Assembly (NCBI GenBank): GCA_029858565.1
Contig: JAOUEV010000007.1
Coordinates: forward strand, 1-64,000
Source: Nitrospirota bacterium
Lineage (GTDB): Bacteria > Nitrospirota > UBA9217
Length of the DNA stretch: 64,000 bases
Direction: 5' to 3'
This document shows, in pieces, positions 8,514-18,424 of this stretch. The notes below the pieces were generated by a model. The model was not told the origin of the DNA and made no database searches. It saw nothing but the letters and a program-made list of their open reading frames with translations. Each line of letters begins with the position of its first letter. Within the stretch, counting starts at the first letter, position 1. The translations under genes and the position numbers were made by a program.

Positions 8514-9236
8514 ATGGTATCAAAGCATGTTGCGGGAAAAGTAGTGGTACTTGTGGGGTGCATGGCGCTTGTCGCCGGATTGGCGTTCTCGAGCGGCGGC
8601 GGCGGGGTGTCGTCTGATGAGGCGTTGCAGATGCTGATGGAGGGCAACAAGCGGTATGTGGAGAGCAAGATGACCAGTTCCGAGCGGTGTACGGCAAGCT
8701 CTCGCGCGGCGATCGCGGCGAGTCAGAAGCCCTACGCGGTCGTTCTTACCTGCTCCGACTCCCGCGTTCCTCCCGAGATCGTCTTTGACAAGGGCCTGGG
8801 CGAGATCTTCGTCGTCCGCGTCGCGGGCAACATTCCCGATCCGGTCGTCGTCGGCAGCATCGAATATTCCGTGGAACATCTGGGCTCGTCGCTCGTGATG
8901 GTGCTCGGGCACGAACGATGCGGCGCTGTCAAGGCAACGGTGGAGTCCAAGGGGAAGAGTAGCGGCAGCGAGAACATCGATGCCATCGTGAGGACCGTCG
9001 AGCCCAGCGTCAAGGCGGCTGCCTCGGCCTGCGCCGCGTGCAAAGGCGAGAAGAACTGCGCGGAGACGAAAACGAGCGAGTTTGTAGAGTGCGTGATCGA
9101 AACGAACGCAGCGGCCGTTGCCGGACAGCTCACGAAGAAATCCAAGATCCTCAAACACCTGGTCGAGGAGAAAAAGATAAAGATTATTGCGGCCAAATAC
9201 GATCTCGATGATGGCGTCGTGACCCTGCTCAAGTAG
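8514..9236 (+). CDS. Beta-class carbonic anhydrase with signal peptide
   Basis: CSDSRV, FVVRVAGN, HERCGAV zinc ligands; hydrophobic N-terminus. Confidence 0.92.
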   Translation: MVSKHVAGKVVVLVGCMALVAGLAFSSGGGGVSSDEALQMLMEGNKRYVESKMTSSERCTASSRAAIAASQKPYAVVLTCSDSRVPPEIVFDKGLGEIFVVRVAGNIPDPVVVGSIEYSVEHLGSSLVMVLGHERCGAVKATVESKGKSSGSENIDAIVRTVEPSVKAAASACAACKGEKNCAETKTSEFVECVIETNAAAVAGQLTKKSKILKHLVEEKKIKIIAAKYDLDDGVVTLLK

Positions 9237-9331
9237 GATGCAGGCATGTTCCGTTCAGTCTGCTGGCCCGGACCGGCAGCGGGCCAGGCTTAATTATTAA
9301 GATTCCGATTCACATGGATATACGCGCAATC

Positions 9332-9365
9332 AAAAGGCCGGAGGGCGAAAGCTTTCCGGCCTTTT
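9332..9365. terminator. Family B hairpin/intrinsic terminator
   Basis: AAAAGGCCGGAGGGCGAAAGCTTTCCGGCCTTTT. Confidence 0.7.
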
Positions 9366-9412
9366 CCGTTTAATCCTCCATCCCCGGCCCCCAGGCCGAT
9401 AACCTGATATAC

Positions 9413-9898
9413 TTGAACCCTGTGATGGACATCCGAGAACCTGATGCAGCAAGTTGCAACGGAACGTGCTGCAGGAAGGAGGTTCCTTTGAGAATCTTCG
9501 GGAAGATCATTCTGGTGGTCGTGGTCACCCTGGGGCTGCTGGTGACCGGATTCGCCCTGGGCTTTCCGATCGGCATGCACCGCGGTTTTTCATCAGGAAG
9601 TGAATGGGCCATGTTGGAGGCAAAGCTCGCGGCCCGGGAGGCAGGGGTGGTCATGCCGGTCTATATCGACGAGGACGGATGGTTTCACGTAGTGCTCCGG
9701 AAGCAGGCCGATGACGAAGGGACGACCAGGAAACAGCCGGTCTCCGGGGACGTGCAGGCCAGTACGCTGCTCTTTCTGTCCGCGACAGAGAGCGGCTCCG
9801 AGGGATCCGCTCTGCCGGCGGTGACGATTCCCCTGCTGGCCCGTGACGACCGGGACGCGGACGCCCGGTGTGTCCGGCTGTCCGATGTGATACAGTGA
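9413..9898 (+). CDS. Hypothetical single-TM protein
   Basis: ORF with one hydrophobic segment; start uncertain (ATG 9425 possible). Confidence 0.45.
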   Translation: MNPVMDIREPDAASCNGTCCRKEVPLRIFGKIILVVVVTLGLLVTGFALGFPIGMHRGFSSGSEWAMLEAKLAAREAGVVMPVYIDEDGWFHVVLRKQADDEGTTRKQPVSGDVQASTLLFLSATESGSEGSALPAVTIPLLARDDRDADARCVRLSDVIQ

Positions 9899-10042
9899 TT
9901 TTTTCTTAATAGTGATTTCGTCTGAAATCGGGTGGCGGAGCGGGATGCTGCCGACGATTGCAATCTTTTCTCCCGGGATTTATAGTGCTTCTCAGCACGG
10001 TGCGGGCAGGATCAGCCGGAACCGGCGTTCTGAGGAGGAGAA

Positions 10043-10798
10043 GTGAAAAAATTCAGCTGCAGTCTTTGCGGTTCCGTGTGGCAGAAGCAGGGCAAGACCA
10101 ATTGCTGGAGCGCGGACCCTGCTGACGCGCCGGCGAAGCCGGGATATTGTCCCTCCCGGGACCATCTGGCGCTCATCAAGAAGAGCTTCGGCAGATACAA
10201 GGGAGCGGGGCAGGACGCCAGGATCGCGCAGGTGGCCACGCAGGTCGAAGGCCTCTGTTATGCGCGGGCGGAAGGCGGGGTCCTGCGGGCACAGTGGACC
10301 CGCGTGGAGGACACGATCGCTTTCGCCAGGCTGATGGGCTGCCGACGCATCGGCATCGCCACATGCATCGGGCTGCTGGACGAGACGAACCGGCTGTCGC
10401 TCATCCTGCAGGCGCAGGGTTTCGAGGCGCTCTCCGTCTGCTGCAAGAGCGGGAGCATTGACAAGCTCGAGCTCGGGCTCACTGAAGCGGACAAGGTCCG
10501 GCCCGGCACGTTCGAACCTGCCTGCAACCCCGTTGCGCAGGCCCGGCTGCTGAACGGCGCGAAAACGGACATGAACATCATCATGGGGCTCTGCGTGGGC
10601 CATGACATGCTGTTCAGCAAACACTCCAAAGCACCGGTCACGACCCTGGTCGTCAAGGACCGGGTGACCGGCCACAATCCCGCAGCCGTGCTCTACGGCC
10701 AGAACTTCTATTACAAGCGTCTCCTGACGCAGCAGCTCCCGGTCGAACTCCGAAGCGGCGCCAGCAGGCGTCGCGGGCCAGCGAAGAAGCGGAAGTAG
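10043..10798 (+). CDS. DUF1847 Cys-rich metal-binding protein
   Basis: TRVEDTI, GIATCIGL, VCCKSG, CNPVAQA, GLCVGHD, VKDRVTGHNP. Confidence 0.88.
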   Translation: MKKFSCSLCGSVWQKQGKTNCWSADPADAPAKPGYCPSRDHLALIKKSFGRYKGAGQDARIAQVATQVEGLCYARAEGGVLRAQWTRVEDTIAFARLMGCRRIGIATCIGLLDETNRLSLILQAQGFEALSVCCKSGSIDKLELGLTEADKVRPGTFEPACNPVAQARLLNGAKTDMNIIMGLCVGHDMLFSKHSKAPVTTLVVKDRVTGHNPAAVLYGQNFYYKRLLTQQLPVELRSGASRRRGPAKKRK

Positions 10799-10822
10799 GG
10801 AAGTGCTGCGGGAAGGGAACAC

Positions 10823-10885
10823 ATCCGGGTCGGACCAAACCAAGTGATTGCTGGACAATCGGAATCCGGAAAAAACGGCCCTCGA
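10823..10885 (+). repeat. Repeat family D copy
   Basis: ATCCGGGTCGGACCAAACCAAGTGATTGCTGGACAATCGGAATCCGGAAAAAACGG, 24 bp after the DUF1847 stop. Confidence 0.85.
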
Positions 10886-11036
10886 TCCCATAGGTCCGGT
10901 TGCCTTTATTGCATGAGACGTGACGAGCGGCAGGGAATCAGACGTAACTCTTCTGAATGCCATTGTATTCCCGATAGCGGGCAACAACCCGTAAAGAGCT
11001 GACCCCCGGTGACGTTGGTAGTTTGCGCCCGGACCG

Positions 11037-12083
11037 TCATGCATGCCGGGTGAAGATCCCGTCCATCTCGGGCGCGATCTCACAGAAGGCCTTGAGCACC
11101 GCCGGATCGAAGTGCTCCGGCATCGTCCGGCCGTCGCCCTCGGTGATGATCCGGAACGCCGCGGGGTGGCTCAGCGGCGGCTTGTAGGGCCGCCGGCACC
11201 GCAGCGCATCATAGTGGTCCACGAGCATAACGATCCTGGCCGCGAGGGGGATCGCCTCGCCCGCGAGGCCGCGCGGATACCCGCCTCCGTCCCACCGCTC
11301 ATGGTGGCTCAGGGCGATCTCCGCTGTCATCTGGATCCGGGGGAACGCCGACCCGGTGAGGATCCGCTCGCCGATGACCGTATGGGTCTTCATGATATCG
11401 AACTCCTCCGGCGTCAGCGGACCGGTCTTCAGGAGGATGCTGTCGGGGATCCCGATCTTCCCGATGTCATGCAGCTGGGCTGCGAAGGTGATCGTCTCGA
11501 CGAAATCCGGCGGCAGGTCCATGACCCGGGCGACCCTGCCCGAGTACGTTCCGATCCGTGCGATGTGGGTGCCGGTGTCCGTGTCCCGGTATTCGGCTGC
11601 GGCGGTGAGCCTGCGGATCATTTCGTCGCTCATGGTCCGAACCTGCTGCGTCCGCTCGCGCACCTCCTGTTCGAGGAGCTGGTTGTGCCGGAGCATGAAG
11701 TCGCCGTACGCCTTGATCACCAGCAGGTTCCTGAGCCGGATGGTCAGTTCCGTCCGGTCGATGGGCTTGGACAGGAACTCGTTGGCGCCGGCATCGAGAC
11801 CGCGGAGCCGGGATGCCCGGTCGTGCAGCGCCGTCACCATGATGACCGGGATGGTCCGGGTGGCGGGGTCGTCCTTGATGCGCCGGCACGCCTCGTAGCC
11901 GTCCAGGACCGGCATCATGATGTCGAGGATGATCAGGTCGGGCGCGCCGTCACGGGCCCGCTGCACCGCTTCCTCGCCGTTGGCCGCGGTGTCCACGGCA
12001 TATCCCAGGGGGACGATCCAGTTGATGAGCAGACGGACGTTGCTTTCCTCGTCGTCCACGATCAGGATCTTTTCGCCGGGCAT
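11037..12083 (-). CDS. Response regulator with HD-GYP phosphodiesterase domain (RpfG-like)
   Basis: REC (LIVDDE, LDIMMP), [21 protein letters not shown]. Confidence 0.93.
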   Translation of the reverse strand: MPGEKILIVDDEESNVRLLINWIVPLGYAVDTAANGEEAVQRARDGAPDLIILDIMMPVLDGYEACRRIKDDPATRTIPVIMVTALHDRASRLRGLDAGANEFLSKPIDRTELTIRLRNLLVIKAYGDFMLRHNQLLEQEVRERTQQVRTMSDEMIRRLTAAAEYRDTDTGTHIARIGTYSGRVARVMDLPPDFVETITFAAQLHDIGKIGIPDSILLKTGPLTPEEFDIMKTHTVIGERILTGSAFPRIQMTAEIALSHHERWDGGGYPRGLAGEAIPLAARIVMLVDHYDALRCRRPYKPPLSHPAAFRIITEGDGRTMPEHFDPAVLKAFCEIAPEMDGIFTRHA

Positions 12084-12130
12084 GTCGAGCTCCTTTCACA
12101 GGGTACGGCCGGCCTGGCCGGGACCGCGGG

Positions 12131-14815
12131 TCACCGATCCAGGATCTCCCGCACTTTGTGCAGGAGGTCCCGCGGGGCAATGGGCTTCTGGACGAAGTCG
12201 GCGCCTGTTTCGGCAAGCCCTTTGGACGTGAGGGTGTCCATTGTATAACCGCTCACGAAGAGGGCTTTGATGCCGGGACGCGCCTTCCGGATCTCCTCGT
12301 AGGCTTCTTTCCCGCTCTTCTTCGGCATGATCACGTCCAGGATGACCAGTTGGATCGCGTCCCGCTGCTCGCTGAACCGGGCGATGGCCTCGGCTCCGTC
12401 CTGTGCGGGTACGACCTGATAGCCGAAGGACTCGAGGATCGTCCGGGTCATGCTGCGCAGCGCGGCGTCGTCCTCGGCCAGGAGAATGGTCTCGGTCCCG
12501 ACGAGGACGGCGGCCGGGGCCTCCGCCCGGTTCGCCCGGACGGCTTCCTCCTCGAGGAGCGGCAGGTAGACGTTGAAGACCGAGCCGTGGCCCGGCTCGC
12601 TGTAGACGGTGAGGTAGCCGTTGTGCTGCTTGATGATCCCGTAGGAGATCGCGAGGCCGAGCCCGGTGCCTTCCCCGACGGGCTTCGTCGTGAAGAAGGG
12701 CTCGAAGATCTTCTTTTGCGTCTCCGCGTCGATTCCGTGGCCCGTGTCGGCGACCGTGAGGAGCGCATACCTGCCAGGCTTGCCGTAGCCGTAGGCGGCG
12801 ACCTGCTTCGCCTCCATCTCGGTGAGCCGCGTGGCAATCGTCAGGGACCCGCCGTTCGGCATCGCGTCCTTCGCGTTCGTGGCGAGGTTCATCAGCACCT
12901 GCTCGATCTGCCCGGCATCGACCATTACCGGCAGCGGCCGGTCCGCCAGCTCCAGGCGGAGGTCGATGTTCTCCTTGATCAGGCGGCCGATCAATTTCCT
13001 GAGGCCCCGGACGATCTCGTTGAGGTTCACGGTCCGCACGTCGACGACCTGTTTCCGGCTGAATGTCAGCAGCCGCCGGGTGATGGACTCGGCCCGCTCG
13101 GCGGCGGCGAGCACCTCGTGCAGCTGCTCCTTTTCCGGCCGCCCGGCGTCCAGTTTTTCCAGCATCAGCGAGCTGTACCCCATGATGACGTTCAGGATAT
13201 TGTTGAAGTCGTGCGCGATGCCGCCCGCCAGCGTGCCGACCGCCTCCATCTTCTGCGCGTGCCGGAGCTGCTCTTCCAGCTGTGCCCGCTCGTCGGCCAT
13301 GCGCAGGTGTTCGGTAATGTCCCGCTTGACCGCCACGTAGTTGACGATCCGGCCCGCGGCGTCGTGGACCGGCGAGATCGTCGCGTTCTCGGTATAGAGC
13401 GTCCCATCCTTTTTCCGGTTGACGATCCGGCCTTCCCAGGTCCGGCCCGACGTGATGGTGTCCCAGAGGACGCGATAGAACGCATCGTCCTGCCTGCCGC
13501 TCTTGAGGAGGCGCGGGTTCCGGCCGATCGCCTCGGCGCGCGTGTAGCCCGTCACGGTCTCGAACATGGGGTTGACGTACTGGATCGTGCCCTGCGCGTC
13601 GGTGACCACCACGGTTTCGCCCGCCTGCTCGATTGCGACGGTGAGCCGCTCGCGCTCCTGCTCCGCGCGCTTGCGCTCGGTGATGTCCTGGTACAGCCCG
13701 ATGAAATGGTGCGGCGCGCCCGCGGCGTCCCGGATGATCGCGGGACTGATGATGAAGTGGACGATACCGCCGTCCTTTTTCACGAACCGCTTCTCGAAGG
13801 AGGCGAACTCCAGGTCGCCGGCGATCATCCGCTGCAGGTATCCGATCCCGATCGGGACGTCATCGGGATGGGTAATGTCGGAGAAGGTCCTGGTCAGGAG
13901 CTCAGCCTCCGTATATCCCAGCGTCTCGCACAGGAGCCGGTTGACCTTGATGAACCGGCCCGTCAGGTCGACGATGGCCCCGCAGACCGCGGCGTTCTCG
14001 AAGGCGCCGCGGAAGCGCTGCTCGCTCTCCAGCAGCGCCTGCTCCGCGGCGTCGCGGTCGCGCATGTTTTTCCGCAGGCGCCGGCCGATAAACCCGAGGC
14101 CGAGCAGTCCCAGCGCCCAGACCGTGCCGTAGCCGGCCGCCATGGAGCGGGTGTGGAAGCTGATCGCGGCCAGGTGGGATTCGAGCGGGATCGAGCCGCT
14201 GATGCCGCCGCGGATATCGCCGACCCTGTAGCCCTGCTTGGCATGGCACTTCAGGCAGTCCTGCTCTGTGAGCAGAGGCCGCATGAGGCGCAGATGGGGC
14301 TTGCCGTCGAGTTCGACCACGGAGCTGTACTCAGCCTCACCCTGGGCGATCTTCTGCAGGGCAAGGGTCTCCCACGCATCCGGCGCGTTCCCGGGCCGGA
14401 CCGGTTTGAGGCTGGTGACGTGGCCCCGCTGGCCGTAGAGGTCCTTTCCCCGCTCATGGACCTGCCGCATCATGTACGACGGGTTTACCAGCGTCAGGCG
14501 GCGGCCCGAAGGCGTGGTGATGTCGCGCTCCGGCACATGGGCCAGGTAGGGATTTGGCGGCGTGGTGTCCGTGACCGGCACGTACGCCCCGCCGTGGGAG
14601 GCCAGCCATTCCCGGTAAGCGACGTCCTTGATCAGGGCCTCCCGCGCTTCGAACCGCGCCTGGTCGAACAGGTTCCGCGTCACTTCCCGGGTGTCCAGCG
14701 TCAGAAGCAGCACGATCAGGGCGGTCCAGAGCGCTGCAACGGTCCACTGGTAGCGGGTGAGGTTGATCGAACGAAATGCCTCGGGTACCCTGGTATGGTC
14801 GTCGCTTGTAAGCAT
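12131..14815 (-). CDS. Hybrid histidine kinase: periplasmic c-heme sensor (DUF3365-like), 2 PAS, HisKA, HATPase, REC
   Basis: CLKCH between two TMs; GGIAHDFNN; PFFTTK..GTGLGL; C-terminal REC. Confidence 0.92.
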   Translation of the reverse strand: MLTSDDHTRVPEAFRSINLTRYQWTVAALWTALIVLLLTLDTREVTRNLFDQARFEAREALIKDVAYREWLASHGGAYVPVTDTTPPNPYLAHVPERDITTPSGRRLTLVNPSYMMRQVHERGKDLYGQRGHVTSLKPVRPGNAPDAWETLALQKIAQGEAEYSSVVELDGKPHLRLMRPLLTEQDCLKCHAKQGYRVGDIRGGISGSIPLESHLAAISFHTRSMAAGYGTVWALGLLGLGFIGRRLRKNMRDRDAAEQALLESEQRFRGAFENAAVCGAIVDLTGRFIKVNRLLCETLGYTEAELLTRTFSDITHPDDVPIGIGYLQRMIAGDLEFASFEKRFVKKDGGIVHFIISPAIIRDAAGAPHHFIGLYQDITERKRAEQERERLTVAIEQAGETVVVTDAQGTIQYVNPMFETVTGYTRAEAIGRNPRLLKSGRQDDAFYRVLWDTITSGRTWEGRIVNRKKDGTLYTENATISPVHDAAGRIVNYVAVKRDITEHLRMADERAQLEEQLRHAQKMEAVGTLAGGIAHDFNNILNVIMGYSSLMLEKLDAGRPEKEQLHEVLAAAERAESITRRLLTFSRKQVVDVRTVNLNEIVRGLRKLIGRLIKENIDLRLELADRPLPVMVDAGQIEQVLMNLATNAKDAMPNGGSLTIATRLTEMEAKQVAAYGYGKPGRYALLTVADTGHGIDAETQKKIFEPFFTTKPVGEGTGLGLAISYGIIKQHNGYLTVYSEPGHGSVFNVYLPLLEEEAVRANRAEAPAAVLVGTETILLAEDDAALRSMTRTILESFGYQVVPAQDGAEAIARFSEQRDAIQLVILDVIMPKKSGKEAYEEIRKARPGIKALFVSGYTMDTLTSKGLAETGADFVQKPIAPRDLLHKVREILDR

Positions 14816-14934
14816 GGTCCTTTGTCTTCTGCTGATGGTGTTCTCTCGTAGAGGGCTTCGCCTGTGAGCGTACCGCGCATCAGCCTTCGCACTCATATAA
14901 GTATAGCAGGTTGTCCGACGGCATCGGAGGGTTG

Positions 14935-15312
14935 TCAGACGTTTCCATCGATTCGGATATCCCCGGTCTCCTTCGTTCTACTATATGATTCGGCCAAGAG
15001 ATCGGTCTGCAGCAGGCGGGCAAGGATCTTAGCGTCGAGCTTGTCGGTGTTGATCTTCGCTTCTGCAATTGCCCGGGTTTTGCGTGGATGGACGAGATGG
15101 ATCTCCGGGCTCTTGCCCTCCGGCAGTCCGTAGCAGGAGTAGCGGCCGCCGGTTGCCTCGATGGCGATCTTGCTGTCTACGGGAGGCCGGTCAGCGAAAC
15201 CGATGTGGTCATCCGGCTTATTCTTGAGCCGAACCGTCTCTATGACCTGGCCTTTGTCGTCCATGCCGGCTGCAACAGCGTAAGGCTCATGATAGTTTAC
15301 TCCTACGTGCAT
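14935..15312 (-). mobile_element. IS110-family transposase relic (N-terminal DEDD domain, degenerate)
   Basis: MHVGVNYH, IAIEATG, LVHPRKTRAIAEAKINTDKLDA match IS110 motifs with the first Asp mutated; C-terminal domain absent. Confidence 0.8.
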
Positions 15313-15769
15313 GGCTGCACCGCAGCTTGGGTTTGTGCCATTCCGCCAGGATGGGCGCCAAATATCCCGTGTATGCGGGATTGGTCCTGTAAGACCGATT
15401 ATAGTCAACGGCTGTTGCAGTCTTTTCCTGTTGTCAGGCTTTAGACGTGCAACTATCGACTGACATCCGGTTCGTTCTCTCCGACCGTTTGTCAGAAAAA
15501 AATGATCTTCCTTGTCTCCAGCCCTACCCTTGGGTAAAAAAACTTTCCTCCGCATGTATGCAAAATTCGACTTACCGCTACAAAGAATAATATCCTGCAA
15601 AAGAACGATTCTTTGTGAGCAAAATCACAGGTGCGTTTTATCACGTCAAGGAAGAGTCTGCTATGCTGATAGGAAGTCGCGGTGATATCCGGAGGGAATG
15701 CTCTCTCTGAGAGAGATGGACCGATTGCCGAACGTTCCCCGTGCCCAAGCAAAAGGAGGACCTGCATCC

Positions 15770-16339
15770 ATGCAATTCATCGAAGCGTCATTCACGCGCC
15801 CCTACTATCGAAGAAAACTCTTCTTCTCCACTCTCGTGATCGTCGTGCTTGCATCCCTCTGCGCCGCCGCCGGGCTGCTCGCGGTCTTCCCGTCGGTGTC
15901 CGGGGCCTGCTACGGCGCCGTGATCACGACGCTCCATGCTTTCGAAAGGATGCTGGTCCCGACGATCGCGACGCTTTTCGCGGTCATGACGGGGCTGCTC
16001 GCGCTGGCGGTCTCTTTCCTGCACCTGTTCTATTCCCACCGCATTGCAGGACCGGCGTTCCGGCTCGGACAAGAGGCTGCGCGGATCGGCAGCGGTGACC
16101 TGCGTGCGGATTTTCGACTGCGCCGTAAGGACAACCTGACCGATCTTGAGGACAGCCTGAAGCAGGTGGCCTGCCGGTACCGGGAAACCGTCGATGCTCT
16201 CGAACAGCTGACGTCCGTCCTGGACAGGCAAGCGGCTTCGCTCGACGGATCGAACAGGCCTGCAGTTGAAAAAGCCGTCCGCGAAATGACCGTTGCGGCG
16301 GCCGCCATGGAAAAAATCGTTTCGGAGATACGGGCATGA
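15770..16339 (+). CDS. Two-TM HAMP-domain protein (no MCP signalling domain)
   Basis: RBS AGGAGG; two TMs; SHRIAGPAFRL..IGSGDL..RLRRKD. Confidence 0.75.
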   Translation: MQFIEASFTRPYYRRKLFFSTLVIVVLASLCAAAGLLAVFPSVSGACYGAVITTLHAFERMLVPTIATLFAVMTGLLALAVSFLHLFYSHRIAGPAFRLGQEAARIGSGDLRADFRLRRKDNLTDLEDSLKQVACRYRETVDALEQLTSVLDRQAASLDGSNRPAVEKAVREMTVAAAAMEKIVSEIRA

Positions 16340-17142
16340 AAAGAGCAATCGTCGGGACGCTGCTGTTCCTTGCAATCGCCGGTTCCCTGTGGTCATCGCT
16401 CCGAACCGGCGTCCATGATTTTACCGGAGACCGCTGCGGCGACTGCCATGCCGTTGCGCCGGTGAAGGGCGACCCGCGGGCGGCAATCATGAAGGCTCCG
16501 ATCAGCGAGCTCTGCGGCAGATGCCATCGAAGGGAGGACACTATTCTCTCCCATCCCGTGGAGATGATTCCTCTTGACGCGGTTGTGCCCCGGGATCTGC
16601 CGCTGTCCTGGGACGGGAAAATGACCTGCAGCACCTGCCACGATATGCACGCGACAGCCCCCCTTGCCGGGGAAGGGCTCCGGCGCTTGCTGCGGCGGCC
16701 CGTCGACGGCCGCGCATTCTGCGAGGTCTGTCATAACCACGGCGTACTCGCTTCACAGGACGGGGCCAGGCACTCGCAGCGGTTGGCTGCGGCTCACCTG
16801 AGGACCAGCGGGAGGCAGAACGTGAGAACCGATAGAGTTTCGAGTTTCTGCATGGAATGCCATGATGGGACTACCGGCCAACTGGTTGCGGTAAAAAACG
16901 GTTCCTGCCGCCGCGTGAGCGGGGCTGATTCGCCCCAGGACCGTTCGCATCCCGTCGGCATCAACTACCGCGCCGCGATGGCAAAACGCGGAGGCCTGCA
17001 TGCGCCGGAAGAAATCGTCGCCAAGATCAAACTTGTCAATGGCCGGGTGAGCTGCATTTCCTGCCACGACCTGTATTCCCGAAATTCGAAATTGCTCGCA
17101 GCGACGCCGACGAACCTGTGCACGACCTGCCATGATAAATGA
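16336..17142 (+). CDS. Periplasmic heptaheme cytochrome c
   Basis: Signal peptide; 7 CxxCH (CGDCH, CGRCH, CSTCH, CEVCH, CMECH, CISCH, CTTCH); SHPV motifs. Confidence 0.9.
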   Translation: MKRAIVGTLLFLAIAGSLWSSLRTGVHDFTGDRCGDCHAVAPVKGDPRAAIMKAPISELCGRCHRREDTILSHPVEMIPLDAVVPRDLPLSWDGKMTCSTCHDMHATAPLAGEGLRRLLRRPVDGRAFCEVCHNHGVLASQDGARHSQRLAAAHLRTSGRQNVRTDRVSSFCMECHDGTTGQLVAVKNGSCRRVSGADSPQDRSHPVGINYRAAMAKRGGLHAPEEIVAKIKLVNGRVSCISCHDLYSRNSKLLAATPTNLCTTCHDK

Positions 17143-17161
17143 TGCGGAGAGGGAGGAAATC

Positions 17162-17743
17162 ATGAGAACAAACCGCAGGAAGCAGTATTTCATCGACAAA
17201 AGCTATCAGACGAGGTTCATCCTGAGATTCGTCATCGTCACCGCCCTGTGGTCGGCGGCGGCGCTTTTGCTGTTCGCCTGGATCGCACGTCAACGGATCG
17301 AGACGGAGATGTATTCCAGCCATCTCACTATCGCATCGTCCCAAGAACTGCTCCTCCCGTCGGCGCTCTATTCCGAAGGAATCGCGCTGCTGCTCTACTC
17401 AGTCCTGCTTGCCTACGCCATCTTCGACCTCGGAAAAAGGATTTCGGCGCCCCTCTTCATGCTTAAAAAGGACCTTGCGAGGATCGGAGCCGGGGACCTG
17501 GCAATTCCCGTTCGTCTGCGGCCTGGCGACGAGTTTCAGGACCTTGCCGGGGAGGTGGACCGCATGCGCGCAGGATTGGGCTCGCGTTTCGCGGAAATCA
17601 AGGGCGCACAGCAACGGCTATCCCGGGCCGTTTCCGAACTGGATCTGTCCATGCGCCAGGGCCTGCCCCTGTCGGAGCCGATCGGTGAAATCAGGAAGGC
17701 TGCGTCCGCTGCGCAGGAATCGCTGCGCCCATTTACGCTGTAG
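17162..17743 (+). CDS. Two-TM HAMP-domain protein
   Basis: RRKQYFIDKSYQTRFILRF; two TMs; IGAGDL..RLRPGDEF. Confidence 0.78.
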   Translation: MRTNRRKQYFIDKSYQTRFILRFVIVTALWSAAALLLFAWIARQRIETEMYSSHLTIASSQELLLPSALYSEGIALLLYSVLLAYAIFDLGKRISAPLFMLKKDLARIGAGDLAIPVRLRPGDEFQDLAGEVDRMRAGLGSRFAEIKGAQQRLSRAVSELDLSMRQGLPLSEPIGEIRKAASAAQESLRPFTL

Positions 17744-17844
17744 AAGCGCGGGTTGGGATCGTCTTCTACGCTTGCGCCGAAACCAGGAAGCGTCTTCGGG
17801 TCTCTTTTGAGGCACTCCTGCCGGTTCTCTGCTACCCTTGCCTC

Positions 17845-17990
17845 ATGTCCCGCTCCCTTCGCATAGAGTATGCAGGTGCCGTCTATCACATGACTCCCGA
17901 CGAAACGAGAAGAAGCCTTTCTTCTAGGCTGACCAGGATCGCGATAGATTTCTCAATACGCTTCAGCGCGTCAACAGACGGAACCGGTCG
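17845..17990 (+). mobile_element. Decayed RAYT/REP-associated Y1 (HUH, IS200-like) transposase, 5' fragment
   Basis: MSRSLRIEYAGAVYHMT then, across frameshifts, NEKKP and DQDRDRFLNTLQRVNRR, matching the MARPLRIEYPGAVYHVTSRGN N-terminus of this family. Confidence 0.78.
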
Positions 17991-18424
17991 TGAAATGCGG
18001 CTATCATCAAAGCCGGCCTGCACGGCATCTGCCGGTCCACCGTTCGACGATCAGCCGTTGACTGCGAGCATGCGAAATTGCAACAAACGAGACGTAATAA
18101 TCATATGAAGGCACCTCGAACCGTACTGGCGTATGCATCGCGGCAGGCGGGCGGATAGTGTCGTCCGAAGATCTGGCTGATTACCGCGAAGAGCAGCCCC
18201 GCGCCGTGGACGTACCTGACCAGCCGGAGCTTCCCGTCCCCACCATGCGTCTGCGATCAAGAAAACGGGTCCAGAAGAAATGATCAAAAAGCAACGGGGC
18301 CCGCAAGCGAGCGGGCGAGCATGCACGGTCCGTTCTTTTGCTATACTGAGACATTCATATCAGACGATCGCGGCATGCCCTGTCAGAGACCGAAAATACC
18401 AAGCAAGCACATTGGGCCGAATCC

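Noticed and set aside
3180-10900. Classical integron with attC sites
   Set aside because: No tyrosine integrase in the window, and I could not see RYYYAAC...GTTRRRY attC boxes at the junctions; IntegronFinder would settle it.
10960-11036. c-di-GMP-I riboswitch (GGGCGCAAA on minus strand)
   Set aside because: GGCAAAC/GAAA P1-P2 elements are missing and the site lies downstream of a gene.
12158-14851. 897-aa + strand ORF and other long antisense ORFs (e.g. 20339-22474, 32865-34076)
   Set aside because: Shadow frames of GC-rich genes with clear domain content on the opposite strand.
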